Assembly: GCA_035221665.1 (NCBI GenBank)
Contig: CM069135.1
Coordinates: 17,422,001-17,486,000, forward strand
Source: Okamejei kenojei
Taxonomy: Eukaryota
Length of the DNA stretch: 64,000 bases
Reading direction: 5' to 3'
Numbering within the stretch: the stretch's first letter is position 1; each line of letters begins with the position of its first letter. A program made the position numbers and the translations under genes. The notes beneath the pieces were generated by a model. The model was not told where the DNA came from. It worked only from the letters and a program-made list of their open reading frames with translations, and ran no database searches. Below are positions 13,455-25,694 of the stretch, piece after piece.

Positions 13455-13875
13455 TATAGAATATAGAAAAGTACAGGATTGGAAGAGACCCTAACTGTCT
13501 GTGCTGAATGTGATGCCAAGATAATTTAATCTCCTCTGCCTGCACGTGATCTGTATCTCTCCATTTCCTGTATATCCACATGTCTATTTAAAGCCTCTTA
13601 AATGTCACTATGTTATCTGCTTCCCCGTCACCCATGGCAGCATGTTCCAGACACCCACCACAACGTGCAAAATAAAATGTCCTCTACATCTCCTTTACAC
13701 TACTTTCCCCACCCATCTCCCCTCCATTCCCTCCCACATTAAAGTTACTTCTTACAGTCTTTGGTATTTCCATCCTGGCATAAAGGTTCTGACGGTCTAT
13801 GCTATCAACGCCTCTCATAATTTTATCTATTTATCAGCTCTCACGCTCCAGAGAAAACAATCCAAGTTTATCTAA
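13455..13875 (-). mobile_element. CR1 LINE 3' end (old)
   Basis: Reverse complement shows the CR1 3' pattern (gtgggtgtctggaacatgctgcc, tttaagaggctttaaatagac) and tail. Confidence 0.65.
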
Positions 13876-13967
13876 TTTGGGAATCTCTTCACTCAAATCC
13901 TCTTCCTGCTCATGTTTTCTGGCTGGAAATTTCTTCCAGCACCTTAATATCTGTATTTATTGCTGCA

Positions 13968-14059
13968 ACGTGTAGGAAAATGTTGGAGTAACTCAGCCGG
14001 ACAGGCAGCATCTCTGGAGAGAAGGAATGGGTGACGTTTCGGGTCGAGACCCTTTGTTC
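13968..14059 (-). mobile_element. Penelope-derived short insertion (hammerhead core truncated)
   Basis: gggtgacgtttcgggtcgagaccct, flanked by ttgctgca direct repeats (13960-13967, 14060-14067). Confidence 0.8.
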
Positions 14060-14543
14060 TTGCTGCATTCTCTTTCCAGTGCATCCCCATTGCATTTTTG
14101 GTGAGCCATATTTTTAAAGATGAGGAAAGGGACTGTTTGCAGACTCCAGGCTAGATCCTCACAAATCTCTGTGACGATATATATATATAGAGAGCAAAGG
14201 TCTGGAGTATGGCAACAGAAAGTGCCAGCTGTGCACTATGATTTGTGTGTAAGGTTTGCAGAAGGAAAGCCGTGATCAGCCGAGGAGGTGGGGTAAGATC
14301 AATAATGTTAGTGCAGTATTTAATTACAGAATATGTGGAAGCGTAGATCCAGTGGAGAGGATCATGAGAAACAGTCATCAGCCTCTGTTGGCTTGTTGCT
14401 TTTCATGTATCTGTTCTCCAAATGACACAATTAAGAACAATATGAGTGTTGGTGACAAAGCAAGAATGTGGCCGTCTAAAATTCTGGAGGGTAACATTAG
14501 TGATCTGGAGAAGACACCATTTCAAGAAGTGTGGGGACAGGGG

Positions 14544-15425
14544 TAGGGGTAGCTCAGTGACACAACTGGTAGAACTCTGTCTCAATAGGCAATAGATAAT
14601 AGACAATAGGTGCAGGAGTAGGTCATTTGGCCCTTCGAGCCAGCACTGCCATTCAATGTAATCATGGCTGATCATCCACAATCAGTATCCCGTTCCTGCC
14701 TTCTCCCGATATCTCCTGATCCCGCTATCTTTAAGAGCCCTATCAAACTCTCTCTTGAAAGTATGCAGGGAACCGGCCTCCACCGCCCTCTGAGGCAGAA
14801 AACTCCACAGACTTACAACTCTCTGTGTGAAAAAGTGTTTCCTCATCTCTGTTCTAAATGCCTTACCCCTTATTCTTAAACTGTGGCGCCTGGTTCTGGA
14901 CTCCCCCAACATCGGGAACATGTTTCCTGCCTCCAGCATGTCCAAACCCTTAATAATCTTATATGTTTCAATAAGATCCACTTTCATCCTTCTAAATTCC
15001 AGAGTATACAAACTCAGCCCCTCTATTCTCTTAGCATACGACAGACCCGCCATCCCGGGAATTAACCTTGTGAACCTAAGCTGCACTCCCTCAATAGCAA
15101 GAATGTCCATCCTCAAATTAGGGGACCAAAACTGCACACAGTACACCAGATGTCTCACAACATCAGAAACCCCGGTTCGATCCTGACCTCAGGCACTGCC
15201 TGTGTGGAGTTTGCATGTTCTCCCTGTGACTGCATGGGTTTCTTCTAAGTACTCAGGTTTCCTCCCATATCCCAAAGGTGTGCATGCTTGTAGGTTCATT
15301 AGCCTCTAACTTGCCCCGTGTGTAGGGAATGGATGCAAAAATAGGATAGAACTAGTGTGAATGGGTGATCAATCATCAGTATGGACTTGATGGGCCAAAG
15401 GGTGCGATTCCATGCTGTATGTTTC
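14544..15425 (+). mobile_element. V-SINE split by a CR1 insertion (head 14544-14582, body 15153-15425)
   Basis: The head gtgacacaactggtagaactctgtctca continues after the CR1 as tctcacaacatcagaaaccccggttcgatcc, then the V-domain and tail. Confidence 0.75.
14585..15152 (-). mobile_element. CR1/HER1-like LINE 3' fragment
   Basis: ORF 14682-15158: HLVYCVQFWSPNLR...EFRRMKVDLIETYKII...FFTQRVVSLW; tail (tctattg)n. Confidence 0.92.
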
Positions 15426-16169
15426 AGTCAAACATTGTACGGGTTATATGTGAAAGGTAAAAGTGAAATCACAGTCCCAACTGAGGTGGATCACAGAGCA
15501 GCAATGGTGGAGGAGGGTGGTGTCATCCACCCCCCTGAGATGGTCATAACAGATGTAATCTTTTTTAGTTTGTTACCAAGCATTGCCTTGATGATATTAA
15601 CTATATTGGTCTCAACCTCACTTTGAGCTTCATACTGTCAATAAATAATGTTCAAAATCAAGTGGCTTGAAAATGATTGTAAAAAACAAAACAGCATACA
15701 CATAATGAAAAACATCTTCAAATTACATTTGTGATCTTCAAATACGTTTTCTGTTCGGAACATTAAACCCCTCAATTATTCAATTGCTCATCCTACCTAT
15801 GAAATTAGGTAACTATTATTATCATAAAAAAATGTTTGTTTCCATTTCTTCCAGTTTTCATAGCATGACTAATGCCTACTGCTTGGATAGCATTAAACAC
15901 AACATGCTAATTGTTAGTTACTAGTTCATATGATAAAAAATGACAGAGGTTCTGCATGCAGCAGACTGTTCCTCGTGCAATGTTGTTTGAAAACATAATT
16001 TTTGTCCAATTTACTGCATTTCTTATTGAAAATCATTAAAGTTTGCATGTACTTACAGATATAAGATTTCACAGAAGAAAGGGATGATATTTAGGTCTTC
16101 ATTCCTGCGTCTATCTTGTGTACTCAACGAATCAACAAATCTAGTCACTCTTCTATAAGAAGTGTGAGT

Positions 16170-16600
16170 TAATGCTAGAAAGGGTGCAAAGAAGATTCAA
16201 CGGGATGTTAACTGGATTTGAGGGCTTGAGTTATCAGGATAAATTGGATAGACTAGGTCTATATTCCCTGGAGGGAAGGAGAATGATAGGGGATATTTTG
16301 GATTATAACATTATTAGAGGCTAGAGGCGTAGACAGGGTAGATCGCAAATGTCTGATTTCCATGGTAAGTGTGCCGAGACCTAGAGGACACGTTTAAACA
16401 GAGAGAGGAGATTTAAAGGGGATTTGAGGGGTAAATCTTTTTACGAAGCGTAGTTGATATCTGGAATGAACTGCCAGAAGATGTGGTGGAGGCAGGACAG
16501 TAACAGCATTTAAGAGGCATCTTCACCAGTTCTTGAATGAGCCGGACTTGAGAGATATGGGCTTAATGCTGGCAAGTGGAATTAATATGGATTGGAGTGA
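16170..16600 (+). mobile_element. Old CR1 LINE fragment
   Basis: ctagaaagggtgcaaagaagattc (LERVQRRF), ctagaggacac, tggaatgaactgcc. Confidence 0.75.
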
Positions 16601-16939
16601 TGTGTAGGAAGGAACTGCAGATGCAAATCCCCAATCTTTAAAAATATGTCTCCACCACTTTAAACCTTCAATGATCTAATCTCCACCACCATCCAGAGCA
16701 GAGAATTCCAAACGCTCATCGCCCTCTGCAAGAAGAATTTCCTCAGCACCTCAGTTTTAAGTGACAGCCTCCTTATTATGAAAACATGTCCCCTTATGTT
16801 GATACTTTCCCATTAGTGCAATCATCTCAATATCAACCGTGTCATGTCTCTTGAAGATCATCCCTTAATTTTTCTAATTTTGAAATAAAAACCCTTCAAC
16901 ACTAAAACAGTTTCAGGGTTCTGCAGACAACTGAAACTG

Positions 16940-17020
16940 AGTCTGAAGAAGGGTTCTGACCCAAAATGTCACCCATCTTTTTTCTTCAGATATGCTGCCT
17001 GATCCATTGAGTTACCCAGA
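16940..17020 (+). mobile_element. Penelope-derived short repeat with degenerate hammerhead motif
   Basis: gtctgaagaagggttctgacccaaaatgtcaccc...tgctgcctga...tgagttac. Confidence 0.7.
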
Positions 17021-18700
17021 AACAGATGTTGCTTGAGAATTACTGGGAGTGTGCTGGTATACAAAAAGAGAGCAATAGAAGCAGGAGCAGACATTTCAGT
17101 GCCTTGTGCTTGCTCCTCCATTTTAATAAGAGATGATCTTTTACTTTAATATCACTTTTCAGTACTAACCCTATAATTCCTTAATGCCCTTAAAGTCTGA
17201 AAATCCATTTATCAATTGTACTAAACACAATTCCAACATTTCCTTCCACTTTTGCTGATAAATATTGCCTTCATGTGTATGTTTTCCCAAATCCTTCAAA
17301 TATTTATTGAACTGAACATTTGAAAAAAGCTTTGCACCGTTTAGAAATGCATTTCTTTGGCTTTACTGTCGATCCTTTAGTTTATCCCTGTGACGCATAT
17401 GTTCCCAGATGCCTTTTCATGTTCCATTCATGGTAGGTATCCATCGTTGTCTGATGTTTTTACCAATCTTGTCAGTCTCAACACTTTGCACGTTGACTAT
17501 ATTAAATGACCTGCCAGCACACACCTGGTATGAGTAAAGCAGGCATCAAGTGCAAGTACCTATTGCTCCATCTCACTTAGTAGCAAGATTATGTTCTTAA
17601 AGGCTTGTGCCATCAGTCTACATTGTCACCCAGCGCGGATAGAAGTGGTTGCGGTTTTGTGTCATCTATTACTGATTGTGTCTGTCTTAGTGAGATGGAT
17701 GGAGGAGCACGGTTGAAGGAAACGACGTTTGATTTGTGCTGTACAATATTCAGAGTCAAAACATACAAGCTACAGAGCATACACTTGGACCTCACAATCA
17801 AATGACAAAGTGCCTGTCACTGCCAAAGTAGTCAAACCCCCTCCTGGACACAAATGTCATAATCCATCGCGAATGCTCCCTGAATGCCACTTGTTCAGGT
17901 CGCAATATGGATGTCTTGCGTCTGCCCTTTAAAGATGATGCAGGGTGACATTAAAAATAATGTGGAATTCGTGTGGCAGCGCCTGCCTCTCAATCAGATG
18001 ATTATAGACTTGTGTCATGCTCAAGTGCTCTGAGATTAATCACACAGCAGATGCTTTCCCTGATTGTGGACTCTTTTAGAGAACAAAGGTCAGGCCATTT
18101 AGAGCCGAGAAGAGGAGGGTTTTTTTTCATGCAGAGTTTAAGAAACATTTAAGACAGGTACATGGATCGGATAGGTTTTGAGAGATATTGGCTAAATGCA
18201 GGAAGATGAAATTAGTGTAGATGGGGCATTTTGGTTTGCATGGGGTAATTGGGCTGAATGGCCTATTTTCACGCTGTATGGCTCTATGACAATAAGGTTG
18301 CTGAACGTTTTGGAATTCTCTACTCAGGGAATGCTCTGGAGGTTTAGCCTCAAGCTGCAGATAACCAGAGTTCTGGATGTTCAGGAAATAAAGGGGGATA
18401 CTGTTGGTGAATGGCGATCGAGAAGAAGGTCAGCCTTTGATCCTGATGAATGGCTGGGAAGACTGGAAGAACTGTTAGTCTACACCTGCTGATAACCCCG
18501 ACCCCAGTCCCAGGCAAGTCCTGCACTGACAGAAGTATTGCTATCTGGATGAGATGTCTGCACCCTCAGATAAACATAGAAGACCCTTTGGCAATGTTTC
18601 TGAGAACAAGGGAGCACAAAATATTCCAATTGCTGGAAACCTGAAACACAAATGTAAAACCGCAGGTCAGTCGGTATCAGCGGAGGGAGCCATAGAGTTA

Positions 18701-19074
18701 AGCCCCTGTCTCTCTTAGGAGACCTAAACAGCAACCTCTAGTGACCTTGCCCGCCACCCAAGGTTTCCATGAGGTCACTGGAGGTTTTGGTCACTCTCCC
18801 TAATGGTCGAAAGTGGTTTCCGCATGATAGAGGCTTCATCTAGGTTGCTGCTATTTGTTCAATATGATTTAAACTGGCCTCGACTAAGAATAGGTTGCTG
18901 TTTTAAAAATCTTCATAGTCATAGAAAACCTTCTTCATAGTCGAGGAAGGTTTTCAACATAGGCGTGGGAGGTGGTAGGAGGTTGCAGGTCACCTCGACC
19001 TTGATTTTTTTTTTTGGGTGGCGGGCAAGGTCACCAGAGGTTGCTGTTTAGGTCTCCTAATTGTGGCAGGGGCT
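18701..19074. mobile_element. PIF/Harbinger-type MITE
   Basis: ~61-bp TIRs (18701-18761 and 19014-19074, agcccctg...caggggct) flanked by a TTA TSD (18698-18700, 19075-19077); no ORF. Confidence 0.85.
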
Positions 19075-19473
19075 TTAACGTTACATCTCAATGGAGATTT
19101 TGTCAGGATAGTGTCTGAACAAACAACTTGGGAAATGGAGGTTGGAGAGGCAGAATGAGTATTTGAACTTGCAAAAGGGAACTTTTGTAAAGGGCATAAA
19201 CCAGAAATAAAAATGCTGGAATTGCTGAGTCTCCGATGTTGCTGAATTTATTGCTGAATCCAAAGGTTGCATATTGCCGAGTCAGAGGATGTAGTGTACA
19301 ATGGCCTGAGAGGGGGAAAGATTAAAGGAGATGTGTGGGGCAAGAGAACATTGGGTGCCTGGAATGCAATGAGAGGGGTGGTGGTGGAGGCAGATACAGT
19401 ATAATAAGGGCATTTAAGAGGCTTGTAGATAGGCACCTGAATATGCAGGGAATGGAGGAATAAGGATCATGAA

Positions 19474-19926
19474 TAGGGCTGCCAATTTTCTCACTCCCAA
19501 ATAAGGGACAAAAGGTCAAAATATGGGCCAAATTCCCAATGGGAATTCATTGACCGGCTCGGCCATGGCTGGGTGAATGATGAGTTGGCCTGGGTGCTGG
19601 ACTGCACATAAAGTCCGGCTCCGCAACCAACTCATGAACCGATGATCGGCCATGAGAAGGAGGGGTGGTGGTGTTGGCAGTAAGTGAAGGTCCGAAGGTC
19701 GGACAGCTGGCCGGGCTGCCGACCGACGGGGCCACGGGCGAGGCGCTGCTGCTGCACTGCGTCGGGACGGGTGAGGTGGGGCTGGACGCGGCGCTCGGAA
19801 CCGACACTCCCCTCCACCCGAGTTGCAACAGTCAAATATGGGACAAGGGCGGTCCTGTATGGGACAAACCAATTTAACCCAAAATACTGGGATGTCCCAG
19901 CTAATATGGGACAGTTGGCAACCCTA
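19474..19926. mobile_element. Non-autonomous hAT element inserted in a CR1 3' end (~19300-20020)
   Basis: TIRs tagggctgccaa / ttggcaacccta; perfect 8-bp TSD atcatgaa (19466-19473, 19927-19934); repeated subterminal gggaca motifs. Confidence 0.9.
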
Positions 19927-20344
19927 ATCATGAATAGGCAGAGGAGATCAGCTTAATTTGGCATTGTTTCCAACATGAACGTTGTGGGCCGAATGGCTGT
20001 TCCTATGTTGTACGGTTCAATGTGCTTACATGAACGCCAAGGCTGATTTGGAGGCGGATTTCAATTAAAAACAGAATCAATACTCATGTGGTGCCAGCTA
20101 TACATTAACACATTTTCATGGCTGCTTGAAGGGGGAAGAAGCTCCAGGAAGGTGACAAAGAGAGGCCATCATTACTTGTTGGTCTTTTTGCAGCATTAAC
20201 TCTGCACAACGTCATCAGAGCTAAGGAGATGAATTAACTCTTATCCACGAGCAGCCACACCTGAACATGGCGGGTCGGATCAGGGGACAGATAAATACTG
20301 GAGTGCAGAATACCCACGCAATGATGATCTCACGACCACTTCAA

Positions 20345-20885
20345 TGCATTGCACTCCACAATGACCCTATACGCCAGTGCATCTCTCTCTACACTGACCC
20401 CAAAACCACCTGTAACTCACTCTCACGCTTGGTTTAAACCCCCAGTGCATATCTCTCCACACTGTCGCTAAACTCGGAGTGCATCTCCTTCCCAGGCTGA
20501 CCCTAAAACCACCTGCTATTCTCTCCACACTGAACCAATACCCTCAATGCATCTCTCTCCCACCCTGACATTAACCCCCTACAGCCCTCTCCCACACTGA
20601 CCCAAAAGTTAGATGTGGCCCTTGTGGCTAGAGGCATCAGGGGCTATGGAGAGAAGGCAGGTAAGGGATACTGAGTAGGATGATCATATTGAATGGTGAT
20701 GCAGGCTCGAAGGGCCGAATGGCCTACTCCTGCACCTATTTTCTATGTTTCTATGAAACCCACTTTGCAACTCTCTCACACTACCGTAACCCCCCTACAT
20801 CTCTATCCCACACTGACCCCAAACCCACAGTGCACTCCCCTCCCACACTAAACCTAAACCATGTCTGTGTCTCACTGTCCTGACC
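20345..20885. repeat. ~33-bp C-rich minisatellite interrupted by a CR1 tail (~20607-20756)
   Basis: Recurring cacactgaccctaaaccccagtgcatctctc-like unit on both sides of a CR1 3' end. Confidence 0.75.
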
Positions 20886-21564
20886 CCATGACTCATCAGT
20901 CAATTTATCTCGACAGACTGTAGGGAAAAAAAAAACTGGTGATTAGTGGAGAACAAGAGATATAACATCATGTAGATCAAGAAGGGTTCAAAAAACAATA
21001 ACATTATCAGCCATATAGACACATCCATGAGACCAAGCCTTAATGCTGCCTCTTTACTGGTTTTAGTTGCTGAATGTTTACTTGCGCCACTTGAACCATA
21101 TCAATCGTCTGATCAAAGGAGACAAGTAATGGTGGTGACTAAAGTAACATCAAAGTCCTGGCAATACTCAGGTAAGAGAGAGAGAGAGAGAGAGAGAATG
21201 TTTAGCTCGATAACTCTTAGGTCAGCAGTTAGGTGACTGTCATTTTTATCGGAGGGGAGTTCTGTAAGATTACTTTATTATCTCACTTAATGTCACTGAA
21301 CTCATTGCAAGTGTCTGAAAGAAAGAGTGCCAAAGAAATCGCAGTAATGTATATTATCACAGCACCTTTGACATCTTGAAATGCTTCACTTGAGTGTTAT
21401 CTGGGGGGGGGGGGGGGAAAGGAATGGAGTAACTTGAATTGATCATTAGAGGGAAGAATCACACTTGGCCAAAGTGGGATATTTAAAGGGATATTATACC
21501 AAAGGGGAGCAAAAATTGAGTTATTGGGAGAGATGCCAAAATTCTGTTTCCCTACTGCTTTTGA

Positions 21565-22497
21565 TATATGCTGCTTATGTAGATGACTTTGGACCTAAAT
21601 GTAGATGGGTTGGCTAGTACGTTTGTAGATGACACCAAGATTGCTGGGGTTATGGATTGTGATGAAGGCTGTCCAAGTCCATAACCTCTTGAAAGTGTCA
21701 ACACAAATAGATAGAATGATAAAGATGGCTTATGATATGTTTGCTTTCAAAGGTCGGGGCATTGAGTATAAGAGTCGGGAAGCTTTGCAGGACTTTGGTT
21801 GGGCCGGATTTGGGGTAATATGTGCTGTTCTGGTTGCCCCATTACAGGATATGGAGGTTTTGGAAAGGGTGCAGAGGAGGTGTACAAGAATGATGCATGA
21901 ATTAGGGGGGAAATAGCAACAGGGAGAGGTTGGAAAAACGTGTGTTGTGATATGATAGAATTAATGATACTCCCCGACTTGCACAACAGGCGACTTACAT
22001 AAGCTTGCACTTACATGAACAATGCTGCACTCGGTCCCGGGTGCAACCAGGGCACTTTGTAATGTCCACAACAACGATCACAGAAGTTTACATCAGTCAC
22101 AAGCTGGCAATGGCAATGTTTACTAGGGAGGTCGTGCACCACAGAAAGTGCCCATGGTGAGACAGACACAGGCTGGCAATGGCAGCTGTGCTTACCCAGA
22201 AGGATGGGCGCTGTTGAAAGTGTCCTGGATACAGCTGGCCGCCACTGATACAGTTAACATGCTCAGTCAGTTATTTTTGGGCAGGTGGTTCCAACATATG
22301 TAAAATCTGACTGATGTATGGGATAATGGAAGTTTAGTAATGGAAGATAATGGAAGATGTGCAGGCACGTTTTTTACACAGTGGGTGGTAAGTGCCTGAA
22401 ATGCCAGGTGTAGTGTTTGAGGCAAATACGATAGTGGCATTTATGAGACTTTGGGATAGGTATATAGATATGCAGCAAATGGAAGGATATAGATTAT
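21565..22497 (+). mobile_element. Decayed CR1 LINE with an unrelated insert (~21960-22340, possibly Tigger/pogo-like)
   Basis: FVDDTKI, GRGIEYKSRE, LERVQRR; the insert begins tactccccgactt...cgacttac; the CR1 resumes at ttttttacacagtgggtgg. Confidence 0.65.
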
Positions 22498-22498
22498 A

Positions 22499-23624
22499 CT
22501 AGACTAAGTGGGACCCGTTGGGGCTCACTCACCCAGGACGGGTGGGCTGGCAGCTCAGTCACCCAGGGCTGGTGGGCTGGAAGCTCAGAAACGGCCAGAA
22601 ATTCTGCCCAAAACCGGTGAAAGACTCTGTGAGAGAGAGAAGGTGGAGAGGGTGGAGAATCAATTTTAGACATTTTTCATCTTTTTCTGCAGATCACAGC
22701 AATGAAGGAGGAAAGTCTATCCTGACCTGGATCTCACAGGGAGAAAAATACTGGGGTGAGGTTTAATACTTGCAGGGGGAGTACTTACTGATGGGCCAAA
22801 GGGACTCTTGGGCTAGTACAGGCCTGAAGGGCTGAAGGGGCTCTTTAAAAAAATCTGAGAAATCTCAGTGAAAGGCGCTTTTTCTGGACTTTTCCTGGCC
22901 TGGCACGTATCTTTTGGGCCAAAATACTCCTCCTGCGTTAATACGGGCATTTCTGGCAAAAAGGACTGGTTTCTCGGCTGATAGGGGCCTTGTGGGCCGA
23001 AATCAGTGATTTCAGGCAGGCCAAACAAGTCATTTCATTTAATTTCCAATTGCATTGCAGTTTCAAGCACAGGGCAGGCTAAATAGATCATTGAATTTTC
23101 ATTTCACTTCCATTGCCATTGCAATTTCTGGCACAGGGCAGGCCAAGCCAAACAGCTGATTGCATTTTCACTTAATTTCCATTGCCATTGCACTTTCAAG
23201 CACAGGGCAAGCCAAACAACTCATTTTATTTTCATTAAGGGATAACAAATCAATTATTCAAGTACATTGCATACTCACAGTGTTCTGTAGTTTCCCAGCT
23301 CAGAGTCGTGACCTCACCCTTGCCATCTTGCAGACAGACTGAGCCATGCCCACAATTCCGGGTTGTATTGTCCCTCCCTCTTCCCACTGGAAAGGGTGTG
23401 GCCTTCATGGCGGTGTATGACAGGAGAGAGAATCTCAAGATATTTTTAACACTAATAAGTCTTTTATTTTTCATCGATGCAAAAAATCCTCAGGGACTGC
23501 ACAGCGGAGGAGGACTCTGAGTAAGATGGCCAAAGAATTACAGCCATATGTGGTAGCGTTTTTTCTATAATCAAAGCACAGTGCAAACAGGAAGTGGTCA
23601 AGATGAGACTTTTAATTATATAGA
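22499..23624 (-). mobile_element. Non-autonomous Helitron-like element
   Basis: Minus strand starts TCTATATAATTAAAAG and ends CTAG|T, with an imperfect hairpin (22510-22526) 11 nt before the end. No TSD; internal ~65-70-bp tandem repeats at ~23015-23235. Confidence 0.75.
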
Positions 23625-23729
23625 ACTGTTCTTGTGCATCACAGTTCCTTGTTCTTTCTTCTATGGCAGAATAAGGATTAGACAATTAGATAATAAGACA
23701 TTAAGAATAAGTTGTAGGCCATTTAGGAC

Positions 23730-23972
23730 TTAGATGATGAAAAACCTTTTCACCCAGAGAGTTATGAATCTGTGGAATTCTGCCACAGAAGGCAGAGGAG
23801 GCCAATTTACTGGATATTTTCAAGAGAGAGTTAGATTTAGCTCTTTGGGATAACGGAATCAAGGGATATGGGGAAAAAGCAGGAATGGGGTACTGATTTT
23901 GGATGATTTGCCATGATCATATTGAAGGGCCGAATGGCCTACTCCTGCACCTATTTTCTATGTTTTTATGAT
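23730..23972 (+). mobile_element. CR1 LINE 3' end
   Basis: tttcacccagagagttatgaatctgtggaattc...gaagggccgaatggcctactcctgcacc and tail. Confidence 0.88.
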
Positions 23973-24719
23973 GCATTGGCTGCCAAATGAAAGTCAAAAA
24001 AATATTAGAAAGGCTGGAAGTGGATGGAAAGATTTAGAGGGACCAAGCAAGGGAAGGCTTGGGTAATCAGTGGACAACTTCAATATCAATGAATTGCTAT
24101 TCCAGGAAGGTAGATCCTCGGGTACAGAGGGGTGAATGAGACTAGGTGGCAGGTACAATGTGAAGGATGCAATGAGGAAAGCCATGCAACAGAGCATTCA
24201 GTCTGTTGAATCTAGAGGTCAAAAGAGCATTCAGTCTGTTGAATCTAGAGATCTGTGTCTCCCAGTTGATGCTGGCATTTGAGGTGTCTATCCTTGCTCC
24301 CAACCTTGGACCTGAGGCTTCTTGCCATGAAGGAAATATGAGAAGGATAAAAACATGAACAATTCTACATGGGCCTTTGCAATGTACAGTTTTCAGAGTT
24401 TACCAGAGTCACAAATTATTACGTTAATTCCATGATCAGTGGGGATTAGTTACCAAGCACAATATTATTACTAAATTGAATCATTTAGGTCGAATATGCA
24501 ATGGATAAAATGTAAAGACTTAATAGATATAAACTGATAATTAATGTGATATCAACACTGACTAATTCTGGAAGCTGGAAGCGAGGTGAAGGTGGGACAA
24601 AGCCTTGCAAGTGACAGCTTCTAATATTCTGCTTGGATAGCTTTCAACCCAATGGTAGGGTTATTGACTACTCCAGTTTTAGGTAACCATCCAACAAACA
24701 CCCCCTCCTCATCGCTTTC

Positions 24720-25080
24720 CTCCCATTTTGTCTATCTTTCTTTCCTGGATGCGCACCAATTTCTCCCATTCCCTTCCTATATTCCTTCTTCTGCCTTCAC
24801 ATTTCACACCCCTTCTAACCTTATTTCCGAATATCACACTTTTTGTCTTTACATCCCTGACCTTTGTCCAACTATCTGCCAATAACCTCCCCACCCCCTG
24901 CCCCCCTGCCTCACACGTATACACCTATTGTTTGCCAGGCTTTGCCCTGGTCTCTTCTCCCTTACAGCTTTCTTCCCCCTGACTACAATCAGTATAAAGA
25001 TGGGTCCCTACCAAAAACATCGCCTATCCACGTTCTCCAGGGAAGCTACCAGGCCCTCTGAGTTACTCCAGTGTTTTTTT
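24720..25080 (+). mobile_element. Penelope-like 3' region (old) with degenerate hammerhead motif
   Basis: Pyrimidine-rich UTR, then cagtataaagatgggtccctaccaaaaacatcgcc...tgagttactccag. Confidence 0.6.
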
Positions 25081-25112
25081 TAGAATTTTGCACTCACATC
25101 TCCGAAACAGCA

Positions 25113-25365
25113 GAGTCTTTAGTCAGAGGGTGGTGAATCTGTGGAATTCTATGCCACAGAAGGCTCTGGAGGCCAAGAGGCCAGTGGCTATTTCTATAGC
25201 AGAGATACATAGATGTTTGATTAGTACATATGTCAGAGGTTATGGGGAGAAGGCAGGAGAATGGGGTTAGGAGGGAGAGATAGATCAGCCATGATTGAAT
25301 GGTGGAGTAGACTTGATGGGCCGAATGGCCTAATTCTACTCCTACCACTTATGATAACCTTATGA
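25113..25365 (+). mobile_element. CR1 LINE 3' end
   Basis: FSQRVVNLWNSMPQKA...RGYGEKAGEW. Confidence 0.88.
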
Positions 25366-25566
25366 CAGCAATTGAACCCAAAGCCATCCAACTTTGAGGT
25401 AAGGAAACTAATTGAACCATGAGTGGCAGTCATAACTTATCCAACTGCTTTGGTACTAAGAAGTCCATTCTGTTCATCATGCCACCGTATCCTATTGCAT
25501 CCATTGAGCATGATTAAAAACGTTCCCAAGCAAGTGGAATACATAAGCAATCAGAGTAATTCAATT

Positions 25567-25694
25567 GTTTACGAAGGAACTGCAGATGCTTGAAAATCGA
25601 AGGTAGACAAAAATGCTGGAGAAAATCAGCGGGTGAGGCAGCATCTATGGAGCGAAGGAAATAGGTGACGTTTTGGGTCGAGACCCTTCTTCAG
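25567..25694 (-). mobile_element. Penelope-derived short insertion ending at the hammerhead CUGA
   Basis: gacgttttgggtcgagacccttcttcag; TSD agtaattcaatt (25555-25566, 25693-25704). Confidence 0.85.

Noticed and set aside
24194-24249. 27-bp tandem duplication (agagcattcagtctgttgaatctagag x2)
   Set aside because: A simple local duplication with no further structure.
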